Assembly (NCBI GenBank): GCA_963776345.1
Contig: CAVZMH010000013.1
Location: forward strand, 160,001-224,000
DNA: 64,000 nt
Direction of reading: 5' to 3'
Origin: an uncultured delta proteobacterium
Lineage (GTDB): Bacteria; Myxococcota; Myxococcia; Myxococcales; Myxococcaceae
Shown here: in pieces, positions 54,838-64,000 of the stretch
Layout of the letters: each line of letters opens with the position of its first letter
How positions within the stretch are numbered: position 1 is the stretch's first letter
Notes under the pieces: generated by a model
The model's database searches: none
What the model was told of the DNA's origin: nothing
The model's input: only the letters and a program-made list of their open reading frames with translations
Translations under genes and position numbers: made by a program

Positions 54838-55152
54838 CCCGGATCTCGTGGTGAGACCGGCCGAGGTGGTCCGGGCGTGGCGATCGTCCCGGCGACCCAG
54901 ATCGCCACCGCGTCGGCGTCCTCCCACGGACCCTCGAGGCGATCGCCGATCTGGAGACGGACCGCGTCGCCGAGCGTGACCAGGCGCTCCCACCTCGATC
55001 GCCAGCTCGGATCGAGCGGTGTCCCCGGATGCAGGTGGACCGAGAGGGCCACGTGCTCCTGGGCGAGCAAGGAGAACAGCGACTCCTCGACGTCCCACGG
55101 GTCGTCCGTCCAGGGGACGAGGTGGACCCGGATGCTGCGGAGGGGGGCTCAC
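54828..55152 (-). pseudogene. Truncated, frameshifted gene fragment (possibly GT2-like)
   Basis: GTG overlaps the upstream GT2 stop; ...[16 protein letters not shown]...PDHLGR... ends at the wzt junction. Confidence 0.45.
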
Positions 55153-55963
55153 CAGCGTGACCTCGCGAAGCGGACCCCGTGGCGGAAGTCGGCGACGGAC
55201 CGGGCCTTCGGGGAAACGGGGGAGATTGGCGGATGCTCGAGCCTCTCGCCGGACAGCTCACGGTAGAGACGCTCGTGGCTGCGGGCGAACGCGCCCGCCC
55301 CCCACTTGCGGCCCAGATACGCCGCGCTGCGGAGCACTTGAAGTCGCCGGCCACGGGTGAGCGGCCGGTACTCGACCCAGTGCAGGACCCGCGCCCCGGC
55401 CGCGGTGCGGCTCTGGAGCCCTGCGGCGCGGACGCGCCAGGACAGGTCCACGTCCTCGCCGTACATGAAGAGCGCCTCGTCGAACCCTCCGGTCGCCTCG
55501 AACGCCGCGCGGGTGACGAGGAGCGCGGTGCCGGTGCACCAGGGCGTCTCCCCCGTCCCGGAGTGGTAGGGCTTGGGGTGCTCCTCGGGGAAGGTCCGCG
55601 CGTCGACGCAGACCCGTCCCGGGGAGCGCGGCGGTGGACCAGAGCGCGGCCAGGCACGCGGGATGCGAGCACCGCGTCCGGGTTCAGGCAGAGGTAGGCG
55701 CCGGCCCCGCCTTCGAAGGCGGCCTTCATCCCCGCGTTGTGGGCCGCCCCGAATCCGCGGTTCTCGCCGGTCCAGCGGTACGTGGCATCGGGGAGGAGCG
55801 CGCGCGCGTCGAGCCCGAGCCCGTCGTCGGCAGAGTTGTCGAGGAGCTGAACCTCGAGGCGGAGGTCCGGCTCCAGCACCGACGCCCGGATCGAGCCGGC
55901 GAGATGGCGAAGCTCGTCCGGCGCGTTCCCGTACAGGACGATGCCCAGACGGAGGAGGGGCAC
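55149..55963 (-). CDS. GT2 (rhamnosyltransferase-like), frameshifted near 55665
   Basis: [20 protein letters not shown] then [19 protein letters not shown] in another frame. Confidence 0.8.
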
Positions 55964-56007
55964 GGCTCAGCGCCGCTCCGGCGCGGGCGGCAGGCCAGGG
56001 CCGCGCA

Positions 56008-56559
56008 TCACCCGGGGTACGACGGCAGCACCGGGGCGTGGCGAGCGGAGGGGCCTCTCGGTCCTTCGCCGAGAGGAGCGGTTCGGGGACGGGCCAGCGG
56101 ATGCCGATGGCCGGGTCGTTCCAGGCGATGGTCCGGTCGAGCTCCGGCGCGTAGACCTCGGTGCACTTGTAGAAGAAGTCGGCGGACTCGCTCAGCACGC
56201 AGAAGCCGTGCGCGAAGCCGGCGGGAATCCAGAGCTGGCGCGGCTGCTCGCCGGACAGCTCGACGCCCACCCACTTCCCGAAGCGGGGCGACCCACGCCG
56301 GATGTCGACCGCGACGTCGAAGACCGCTCCCGCGAAGCACCTGCACCAGCTTCCCCTGCGCACGCGGCTCCTGGAAGTGCAGGCCCCGCAGGGTGCCACG
56401 AACCGATCGCGAGTGGTTGTCCTGCACGAACGGACCGGGGATGCCGGCCTCGGCGTAGCGCCGGGCCTGGTAGCTCTCGTAGAAGTGTCCGCGCGCGTCG
56501 CCGAAGATCCTGGGCTCGATCAGCAGGATCTCCGGGAGCTCGGTGGGGGTGACCTTCAT
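56008..56559 (-). CDS. rmlC: dTDP-4-dehydrorhamnose 3,5-epimerase, frameshifted
   Basis: [24 protein letters not shown], then [14 protein letters not shown] in another frame. Confidence 0.88.
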   Translation of the reverse strand: MKVTPTELPEILLIEPRIFGDARGHFYESYQARRYAEAGIPGPFVQDNHSRSVRGTLRGLHFQEPRAQGKLVQVLRGSGLRRRGRHPAWVAPLREVGGRRAVRRAAAPALDSRRLRARLLRAERVRRLLLQVHRGLRAGARPDHRLERPGHRHPLARPRTAPLGEGPRGPSARHAPVLPSYPG

Positions 56560-57443
56560 CCGATCGCTCCCCGGTTCTCGAGCAGGTCGAGGAGGTAGCG
56601 ACCGTAGTCGTTCTTGCGCATCGGCTCGGCGAGCGCCCGGAGCTGCCGCCTCGCCGATGTAGCCCATCCGGAAGGCGATCTCCTCCGGGCAGGAGATCTT
56701 CAGGCCCTGGCGCCGCTCGACGATCTCGATGAAGGTCGAGGCGTTCTGGAGCGATTCGTGGGTCCCGGTGTCGAGCCAGGCGAAGCCCCGCCCCAGGACC
56801 TCGACGTGGAGCGTCCCGGCCTCGAGGTAGGCCCGGTTGACGTCGGTGATCTCCAGCTCGCCCCGGGCGGAGGGCCGCAGACCTCGCGGCGATGTCCAGG
56901 ACGCGGTTGTCGTAGAAGTAGAGGCCGGTCACCGCGTAGTTCGAGCGCGGGCGAGCCGGCTTCTCCTCGATGGAGACGGCCCGGTTCTCCGGGCCCAGCT
57001 CCACCACCCCGTACCGCTCGGGATCGCGCACGTAGTACGCGAAGACGGTGGCGCCCGCGGTCCGCGGCCGCGGCCGGCGCGCAGGTGCTCGGGCAGACCG
57101 TGGCCGTGGAAGATGTTGTCCCCGAGGACCAGCGCCACGCGGTCCTGGTCCGACGAAGTCGCGGCCGATGAGGAACGCCTGGGCCAGACCCTCGGGGCGG
57201 GGCTGGGCGGCGTACTCGAATCGTAGCCCCCACTGCTCGCCGGTGCCGAGGAGCTCGCGGAACCGCGGCAGATCCTGCGGGGTGGAGATGATCAGGATGT
57301 CCCGGATCCCCGCGAGCATCAGCGTGCTCAGCGGGTAGTAGACCATCGGCTTGTCGTAGATCGGGAGCAGCTGCTTGCTGACTGACGCGGGTCAGCGGGT
57401 ACAGGCGCGTGCCGGAGCCGCCGGCCAGGACGATTCCCTTCAC
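56556..57443 (-). CDS. rmlA: Glucose-1-phosphate thymidylyltransferase, about five frameshifts
   Basis: [52 protein letters not shown] spread over three frames. Confidence 0.88.
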
Positions 57444-58333
57444 CTCCGGCCCTCCACCTCGGCCCGGAACTGCTCCAGGGACGCGCGTAGCGCGAGCGGC
57501 CGGGCAGCGAGGGTGGACAGGGCCTTGTCGACCCGGAGGCCGCTGCGGGGTGGACGCGGGCTGGCCATCCCCCCCTCGGCGAGCCGGATGGGGACCAGCA
57601 GTCGGCGGTCGAGCGCGAACACGTCGGCCAGAGCTTCCCCGAACTGCATCCGGTTGACCACGTCCGCGCCGGCCACGTTCCAGATGCCGGGGAGCCGCCG
57701 CGCGGCCAGCTCGGCCAGCTGCTCGGCCACGTTCAGCGCCAGGCTGGGCGAGACGAACTGGTCCACGAAGAGGCGCGCCGTCCTGCCCTCCCGGAGCGTC
57801 TCCAGGAGCCAGCTCCCGAAGTTGGGTCGCTGCGAGGGCGGGTAGCCGTAGACGACGGCCGTGCGGGCGATCGCCCAGCTGCCGGCGAGGAGCCGGACGG
57901 CCTCCTCCCCGAGCCACTTGGTGCGCGCGTAGACCCCGGAGGGGTTGGGGCGGGCCTCCTCGTCGTAGGGGCCGTCCTGGCCGTCGAAGACGTAGTCGGT
58001 CGAGACGGAGACCAGATGCGCGCCCATCGCCCGGGCGTGGCGTGCGACGTGGGCTGCGGCGAGCACGTTGGCAGCCCAGGCCGCGTCGGGGGCGCGTTCA
58101 CACGCGTCGACCTCGGTCATCGACGCGGTGTGGACGATGACCTCGGGGCGCGCGGCAGTGAGCGCCCGCGCCGTGCCCTCGTGATCCGCCAGGTCGCAGC
58201 TCAGGTACTCGAAGTCGCCGACGGTCCGGCGCTCTCCGCGCGCGATCGCGGTGACCACGTGTCCCTGGACCACGAGGAGCCGGCAGAGCCGGCTGCCCAC
58301 GAGTCCGTTGGCTCCGGTGACGGTGATGCGCAT
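57440..58333 (-). CDS. rmlD: dTDP-4-dehydrorhamnose reductase
   Basis: TGANGLVG, VDACE, STDYVFDG, YARTK. Confidence 0.9.
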   Translation of the reverse strand: MRITVTGANGLVGSRLCRLLVVQGHVVTAIARGERRTVGDFEYLSCDLADHEGTARALTAARPEVIVHTASMTEVDACERAPDAAWAANVLAAAHVARHARAMGAHLVSVSTDYVFDGQDGPYDEEARPNPSGVYARTKWLGEEAVRLLAGSWAIARTAVVYGYPPSQRPNFGSWLLETLREGRTARLFVDQFVSPSLALNVAEQLAELAARRLPGIWNVAGADVVNRMQFGEALADVFALDRRLLVPIRLAEGGMASPRPPRSGLRVDKALSTLAARPLALRASLEQFRAEVEGRR

Positions 58334-58343
58334 GTTCGACAGG

Positions 58344-59363
58344 CTAGCTCCCGAGCCGGCCCCGGTACTGCGTCTCGTAGTACTGCCGGTAAGCGCCGCT
58401 CTTCACGTGCTTCCACCAGTCGGGGTGGTCGACGTACCAGCGCACTGTGGGCTCGAGCCCCTGCTGGAAGGTGCGCTGAGGCGTCCAGCCGAGCTGGGTG
58501 CGGATCTTGGTCGGGTCGATGGCGTAGCGCCGGTCGTGCCCGGGACGATCCTGCACGAAGCGGATGAGACTCTCGGGCTTCCTGAGCGTCGCGAGGAGCA
58601 TCTTCACCAGATCGATGTTGCGCTGCTCGGCACCCCCTCCGATGTTGTAGACCTCGCCTGCCCTCCCCCGCTCGAGCACCGCGAGCAGCGCCCGGCAGTG
58701 GTCCTCGACGTGGAGCCAGTCACGGACGTTGCCCCCGTCGCCGTAGACGGGAAGCGGCTCATCGTGGAGGGCGTTGACCACCATCAGGGGAATCAGCTTC
58801 TCTGGGAACTGGTACGGCCCGTAGTTGTTCGAGCAGCGGGTGACGACGACGTCGAGCCCGAAGGTGTGGTGGAAGGCGAGTGCCAGGAGGTCGGCGGCGG
58901 CCTTGGAGGCGGAGTACGGGCTCGATGGCTGCAGCGGCGAGGTCTCGGTGAAGGCGCCGGTCGGCCCGAGCGAGCCGTAGACCTCGTCGGTGGAGACCAT
59001 CACGAAACGCTGGACCCCCCGGCGGTGGCAGGCCTCGAGCAGCACCTGGGTGCCGAGCACGTTGGTCCGGACGAAGAGCTCGGGGCCGAGGATCGAGCGG
59101 TCCACGTGGCTCTCGGCCGCCAGGTGGAGCACGGCGTCGATCCGGTGCTGCCCCAGCAGGTACTCGACGAGCTCGCGGTTGCCGATGTCGCCCCGGACGA
59201 AGACGTGCCCCGGGTCACCCTCGAGCTCGCTCAGGTTCTCGAGGTTCCCGGCGTAGGTGAGCAGATCGAGGTTGACCACCGTCCAGCCCGGCCGCTCGCC
59301 ACGCAGATGGCGGACCAGGTTGGAGCCGATGAACCCGCAGCCGCCGGTCACCAGGACGTTCAT
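58344..59363 (-). CDS. rmlB: dTDP-glucose 4,6-dehydratase
   Basis: TGGCGFIGS, LTYAGN, AAESHVDRSI, STDEVYG, YSASK, SNNYGPYQFPEKLIP. Confidence 0.96.
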   Translation of the reverse strand: MNVLVTGGCGFIGSNLVRHLRGERPGWTVVNLDLLTYAGNLENLSELEGDPGHVFVRGDIGNRELVEYLLGQHRIDAVLHLAAESHVDRSILGPELFVRTNVLGTQVLLEACHRRGVQRFVMVSTDEVYGSLGPTGAFTETSPLQPSSPYSASKAAADLLALAFHHTFGLDVVVTRCSNNYGPYQFPEKLIPLMVVNALHDEPLPVYGDGGNVRDWLHVEDHCRALLAVLERGRAGEVYNIGGGAEQRNIDLVKMLLATLRKPESLIRFVQDRPGHDRRYAIDPTKIRTQLGWTPQRTFQQGLEPTVRWYVDHPDWWKHVKSGAYRQYYETQYRGRLGS

Positions 59364-59596
59364 GAGGATCGGACTTTCGTTTCATGCGTTCCTGGCCGAG
59401 TCAAGACATCCGCCCCGCTCGCGGGCTCCGTCGTTGCGCCGGCCGACCTCTCCACCTGTGCGCAGCTCTCTGGTAGAGAGCCCAATCGTCCGGGGCCCGT
59501 CCTCGTCCACAGAGGTGGCCGGCCGGTCGCCGCCTGGGGGACTCCCGGAACCACTCGAGGCTGATCCTGATCGATCCGAATACCGCCCCGCGCGCC

Positions 59597-61129
59597 GTGA
59601 CCCCGAGATCGGGTCGTCTCCTCTCGTGGTCGAGCGAGGGCGCGGGCTGGATCCTTCGCCGGCTGCCCGCGGTCTCCGCGACGGTGCTGCTCGGCACGGC
59701 GACGGCCAAGGCGCTGCTCGACTTCGACATCTCCTGGGACTCGATCGCCTACCATCTGCCCTTCGCCGCGCTGAAGAGCGGGCTGGTCGACCCGGCGCGG
59801 TACGAGCTCACCGGGATGCTCCGCTTCTACTACGACGGGTTTCCTGCGCTCCCGTCGTACCTCAAGGGCGCGCTGTGGTCGTTGCTGGGCCGGCCAGAGG
59901 GGGCAAATCTGTTGTCCCTCCTGAGCTTCGTCTGCTTGCCGCTCTACGTCTGGCGCGTGTGGCGGATCCCATTCGCCTGGGCGGTGATTGCGCTCCTGGC
60001 CATCCCCACGGTCCAGGTCAGCGTGGCCTGCAACCAGATCGATCTGCCGGCCAACGTCTTCATGGCCATCTTCGTGCTCTCGCTCTGCGATGCGGCAGCG
60101 CGTCCGCTCGAGTTCGGCGCGAGGAAGGCGGTGGTGGCGATCCTCGCCGCCGGACTCGCCGCGAACTCCAAGCCGCAGATGGTGGTCCACGTGGGCGTCT
60201 GGATGGTCGTCGCGCTCGGCCTCGCCGCGGCGGGACTCCGGAGACGGGTGCGCGCCCCGGTGCTCGAGTCGGCACGGGCACGTCCGGCCCTGGCGGGGCT
60301 CCTGCTCGCGCTGGCGGTCCCGCTGGTGTTCGCGGCCCCCCTGGCGAACTGGATTCACCGCGGCAATCCCTTCTACCCGATCGGTCTGCGCGTCGCGGGC
60401 CACACCGTCTTTCAGGGCCCGCTCCCTCCGAGCGGGCTCTGGCCCGAGCCTCTCTACTCGGCGCGCTATCCCCAGCCGCTCCGCTGGCTGCTCTCGGTGC
60501 TCGAGTTCCGGGCGTTCGACTACCGCTACCTCCCATACACGCTGGGGAACGGGAACGTGCCGGCGGATGCGATGAGCATGCGGGTGGGCGGCTACATGGG
60601 CCTGCTGGTCCTCGTCACCCTTGGGTTGTTCGTCCTCTCCCTCCGGTCGCGACGTGATCGCCTCACCACCACCTTCGCCGTGATGCTCGGGTTGACCGGC
60701 CTGCTCTCCGCTTTCACCCCGGGCTCTCACGAGCTCCGGTACGCGGCCTACTGGATGATGGCCCTGGTGTTGACGACGTTCGTCCTGCTCGCCGCGGAGA
60801 AGAGCCAGCTCACGGTCTACAAGCTGTTCATCGCGTCGACGCTGGTCTACGTGATCTCCATCACCGGGGCCCAGCACTTGCTCCCGACCGGAAAGGACTT
60901 CGCCTACTACCAGCGGACCCTGGGCGTGGCCCCGTCACTGGAGCGCACGGTGCACGCCGGCGAGACCCTCTGTCTGCGGAGCAACCCGCAGAGCGCGTTC
61001 CTCTACGCACCCGAGTTCCATCCGCAGATCGCCGCCCGCCACCCCTACCGGGTGCGGGTGGAGGGCTTCACTCCGGGGAGCCCGGGCAACCTCTCCACCG
61101 GCAGCGGCGTCTGTACCTGGGTGGAGTGA
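59597..61129 (+). CDS. Polytopic membrane protein, GT-C-like
   Basis: About 10 hydrophobic segments, DSIAYHLP in the first loop, GNPFYP, ELRY. Confidence 0.65.
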   Translation: MTPRSGRLLSWSSEGAGWILRRLPAVSATVLLGTATAKALLDFDISWDSIAYHLPFAALKSGLVDPARYELTGMLRFYYDGFPALPSYLKGALWSLLGRPEGANLLSLLSFVCLPLYVWRVWRIPFAWAVIALLAIPTVQVSVACNQIDLPANVFMAIFVLSLCDAAARPLEFGARKAVVAILAAGLAANSKPQMVVHVGVWMVVALGLAAAGLRRRVRAPVLESARARPALAGLLLALAVPLVFAAPLANWIHRGNPFYPIGLRVAGHTVFQGPLPPSGLWPEPLYSARYPQPLRWLLSVLEFRAFDYRYLPYTLGNGNVPADAMSMRVGGYMGLLVLVTLGLFVLSLRSRRDRLTTTFAVMLGLTGLLSAFTPGSHELRYAAYWMMALVLTTFVLLAAEKSQLTVYKLFIASTLVYVISITGAQHLLPTGKDFAYYQRTLGVAPSLERTVHAGETLCLRSNPQSAFLYAPEFHPQIAARHPYRVRVEGFTPGSPGNLSTGSGVCTWVE

Positions 61130-61150
61130 CCTTCTGGAGAGGGATCAACC

Positions 61151-62407
61151 GTGAGCTCACCTGGGCCAGTCCGGAGCGAACCAAAGAACTCGAAGGAGGG
61201 CGCGCGCCTCAACCTCCTCATCACCATCCCCGCCCTGAACGAGGAGGACAGCATCGCCTCGATCATCGAGCGCACGCTCGCCGCGCGGAGGAACATCGTC
61301 GAGCGGTCGCCGGTGACCGCCGTCGAGGTGGTGGTGGTGAGCGACGGCTCGACGGACCGGACGGTGGAGATCGCCCGCCGCTACGAGCCCGAGATCCGGC
61401 TGATCGTCTTCGAGAAGAACCGGGGCTACGGGGCGGCAATCAAGAGCGGCTGGCAGAGCTCCGACGCGGAGCTGCTGAGCTTCCTCGACGCCGACGGAAC
61501 CTGCGATCCCAACTTCTTCGTCAACCTCTGCAACCTCATCGAGTCCATGGACGCGGACGTGGTCCTCGGATGCCGTATGACTCGGCAGAGCAGGATGCCC
61601 CTGCTCCGGCGGGTGGGGAACTTCATCTTCGCCGTCCTGCTCAGCTTCTTCTCGTCCTCGAAGGTTCGTGACACCGCGAGCGGGATGCGGGTGGTGCGCC
61701 GCTCCAGCCTCCCCAAGCTGTTCCCGCTCCCGGACGGGATGCACTTCACCCCGGCGATGAGCGCCCGGGCGATCCTCTCGCCGCAGCTGCGCATCTTCGA
61801 GGAGGAGATGCCGTACCACGAGCGCGCGGGCGAATCGAAGCTCCGGGTGGTGCGTGACGGTCTGCGCTTCCTGCGGGTGATCGTCGAGGCGGCGTTCCTC
61901 TACCGGCCGTCGCGCCCGCTGGGCTTCGTGGGCGCACTTTTCGTGATCGTCGCGGCGCTGCTCCTGGTCTCGCCGGCTGCGTACTACCTCCGCCACCACC
62001 GGCTCTTCGAGTGGATGATCTACCGCTTCGTGGTGGCGGAACTCCTGACGCACAGCGGGGTGCTCCTCCTCTGCGCGAGCTATCTGGTCCACCGCATCGT
62101 GGAGATGGTGCTCCAGCTCGGCGACGATGCGTCGGGGTTTCACCGGGCGATCCGCTGGCTCATCCGCGGCTGGTTCCTCTGGGTCACCGTGGTGGCGCTC
62201 CTGGTGCTCGGAGGGGTCCTCGTCGCACCGAGCTTCCTCGAGCTGGTCCGGACCGGGGCCACCTACGAGCACTGGTCCCGCTTCATCGCCATGGGCGTCT
62301 CGGTCGGCGTGGCGCTGATCCTGGTGGTGACCCGGGTGATGGACTTCTCGCTCGACCTGCTCCAGGAACGGCTCGCCTACCTGCGCTCCTCGTCGCCCCA
62401 CGGGTGA
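61151..62407 (+). CDS. DPM1/GtrB-like GT2 with C-terminal TM helices
   Basis: IPALNEE, VSDGSTDRT, NRGYG, DADG, DTASGMR, RAGESK. Confidence 0.88.
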   Translation: MSSPGPVRSEPKNSKEGARLNLLITIPALNEEDSIASIIERTLAARRNIVERSPVTAVEVVVVSDGSTDRTVEIARRYEPEIRLIVFEKNRGYGAAIKSGWQSSDAELLSFLDADGTCDPNFFVNLCNLIESMDADVVLGCRMTRQSRMPLLRRVGNFIFAVLLSFFSSSKVRDTASGMRVVRRSSLPKLFPLPDGMHFTPAMSARAILSPQLRIFEEEMPYHERAGESKLRVVRDGLRFLRVIVEAAFLYRPSRPLGFVGALFVIVAALLLVSPAAYYLRHHRLFEWMIYRFVVAELLTHSGVLLLCASYLVHRIVEMVLQLGDDASGFHRAIRWLIRGWFLWVTVVALLVLGGVLVAPSFLELVRTGATYEHWSRFIAMGVSVGVALILVVTRVMDFSLDLLQERLAYLRSSSPHG

Positions 62408-63091
62408 CTAGGCGAGGCGGGGCGTGCCCACGTACATCAGCTTCCCCCAGGCCACGCGCTGCCGCTCGGAGGTGAAGCGCGAGGCGAGCAACGCCAGGAT
62501 CGGCCCCGCGGCTCCGAGCCATCGCTCGTACGTGGTCCGCTCATAGTGGGTCATCGTCGCGAAGGCGTCCATCTTGTTGGAGAGCTTCCGCACCACCGGC
62601 TTCTCGCTCACCCAGTGGACCAGGTCGAGAAAGGGAGTCCGCCAGGGCTCCACCGCGACGAAGCGTCCACCGGGCCGGAGCACCCGGGCGACCTCGGTCA
62701 GGGTCTGCTCCAGGTCCGGGAGCCCCTCGAGGTGGTGGAGCCCGCCCTGGACGATCAGGATGTCCCGCGACCGGTCCTCGAACGGAAGACGCCGGCAGTC
62801 GGCCGCGTAGGTCACGGCGCGCCCCCGGTACTGGGCGAGCAACGCCGGAGAGAGGTCGACACCCTCCAGGCGGCCGAACCCCAGCGCCTCGAGGGCATGG
62901 ATGCCGTTCCCCCGGCCACAGAAGATCTCGACGATCTGCGAATCCTTCGGCCAGTCGTTGGCCCCGAGCCGGCGCAGCCGCCGGAGGAACTTCCGGCGCT
63001 CCTCCTCGGGCGTCTCGAAGCGAGCGTAGGCCTCCTCCCAGGGGCTGGGCTGGATGGCCTCGGAGCCGGTCTGTTGCGAGCTGTGGGTCAC
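62408..63091 (-). CDS. Class I SAM-dependent methyltransferase
   Basis: EIFCGRG, GVDLS, LPFEDRS, LHH, RVLRPGG. Confidence 0.85.
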   Translation of the reverse strand: MTHSSQQTGSEAIQPSPWEEAYARFETPEEERRKFLRRLRRLGANDWPKDSQIVEIFCGRGNGIHALEALGFGRLEGVDLSPALLAQYRGRAVTYAADCRRLPFEDRSRDILIVQGGLHHLEGLPDLEQTLTEVARVLRPGGRFVAVEPWRTPFLDLVHWVSEKPVVRKLSNKMDAFATMTHYERTTYERWLGAAGPILALLASRFTSERQRVAWGKLMYVGTPRLA

Positions 63092-63114
63092 GGCACCTCC
63101 TACAGGACGAACGC

Positions 63115-64000
63115 TCAGCGGCGGAAGCGCTGGCGGACCGCACGGAGCGGCGCGAGGAGTCGCCAGGACATGGAACCCTCGAGCTCGGCGACCAGGCGCT
63201 CCAGCTCCGGCCCGCTCATCTCCCAGAGCCTCGGGAACTCGCGCCGCGGCCGCCCGAGGAGCCGCTTGGCCAGCCGCAGCGGGCTGGTCAGGGCCCAGGA
63301 CCGCGAGGTGAGGATGACGTGCGCCCGCTCTCGCAGCGCGTTGGCGTCCACGTCATGCTCGAAGCCGGTGGGCCGCTGCCCGCCGCTGATGAGGGCCCTG
63401 AGCCGGGAGACGCTGCCCTCCGGCAGGATGAAGTGGGTGGTGTCGAGCTTCCGCCAGATCTGATGGTGGTTGGCGCGCCACTCCTCGCTGTCGTGGACGG
63501 TGAAGGAGGACTCGCCGTTGGACCACTGCCGGTAGACCGCAGTGGTTGCCGGATCACTGGCCACGCCGCAGATGGCCACGGCACGCATGAGGAAGTCCCA
63601 GTCCTCGGTGGTGGTGAGGGTCTCGTCGAACCGGAAATTGAGTTCGGCGAACACCGAGCGAGGAAACGCCAGGGAAACCGGCGGGGTCCGGTTCTCGATC
63701 AGGTGCTCGAGGAGGTCGAACTTCGCGGGGTACCGCCGCACGAAACCGCTCACCGCACGGACCGACCGCCGGCCTTCACCCGTCTGGACTGGCTCGAACG
63801 TCTGAGCGACGCAACCCGTCCGGAGGACTTGCCCCGGATTCCGCTCGGCCAGCTTCTTGAACCCCTCGACCCAGTTGGCGAAGACGAAGTCATCGTCATC
63901 GAGGATGGCGACGTAGTCCCCCCGTGCATGGGCGAAGCCCACGTTGAGCGGTGTCGTCCTTCCCCCATGGTCCACCCGCACCAGTGAGATCCGAGAACGC
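63115..64000 (-). CDS. GT2 glycosyltransferase, 5' end outside the window
   Basis: GRTTPLNVG, ILDDDD, FDETL, EDWDF; C-terminal SxSWxLTxPLR repeats. Confidence 0.85.
   Translation of the reverse strand, partial: RSRISLVRVDHGGRTTPLNVGFAHARGDYVAILDDDDFVFANWVEGFKKLAERNPGQVLRTGCVAQTFEPVQTGEGRRSVRAVSGFVRRYPAKFDLLEHLIENRTPPVSLAFPRSVFAELNFRFDETLTTTEDWDFLMRAVAICGVASDPATTAVYRQWSNGESSFTVHDSEEWRANHHQIWRKLDTTHFILPEGSVSRLRALISGGQRPTGFEHDVDANALRERAHVILTSRSWALTSPLRLAKRLLGRPRREFPRLWEMSGPELERLVAELEGSMSWRLLAPLRAVRQRFRR

Noticed and set aside
59364..59596. JUMPstart/ops element upstream of rmlB
   Set aside because: No GGCGGTAG ops motif; only a short GCTCTC-TGGTA-GAGAGC hairpin.

Overview
This is a very GC-rich (roughly 70-75% by eye) chromosomal window from a myxobacterium, probably Myxococcaceae-like. 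Gene order recalls the Myxococcus xanthus mrp-crd-sigA region (from memory; no search was run). From left to right it holds a degenerate amidohydrolase, the mrpA-mrpB-mrpC developmental regulators, a membrane-anchored MutS-domain-V protein, an M1 aminopeptidase, an orphan DpnA-like DNA methyltransferase, DUF1385-rpmE, and cpoB plus a Cys-repeat Pal/OmpA lipoprotein (crdB-like) divergent from a sigma54 response regulator (crdA-like), with no che3 chemosensory genes. Next come xth and a TPR lipoprotein-PBP1A-FG-GAP-orphan SBP-HAMP kinase (crdS-like) run, followed by hpf, a DUF1460 amidase, a PLP decarboxylase, a Rof-like protein, a GAF protein, truD, DUF4388, DsbA-like, ansA, rpsU-yqeY-dnaG-rpoD, tRNA-Ile2, cyoE, tRNA-Ala, aceA and a MYXO-CTERM phytase-like protein. 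The right end is a surface-polysaccharide region (GT4s, wzm, wzt, rmlBDAC, GT2s, methyltransferase). wzt is cut just before its ABC signature at a 10-bp palindrome (54828-54837), where it meets a convergent truncated gene. About a dozen single-base frameshifts cluster around this junction, so an inversion breakpoint or an assembly/chimera artefact is likely. I saw no CRISPR array, integrase, transposase or rRNA. The most notable items are the Che3-less Crd envelope-sensing module, the wzt junction, the repeat-rich mrpC promoter, and tandem GATC sites in the promoter of the orphan MTase.
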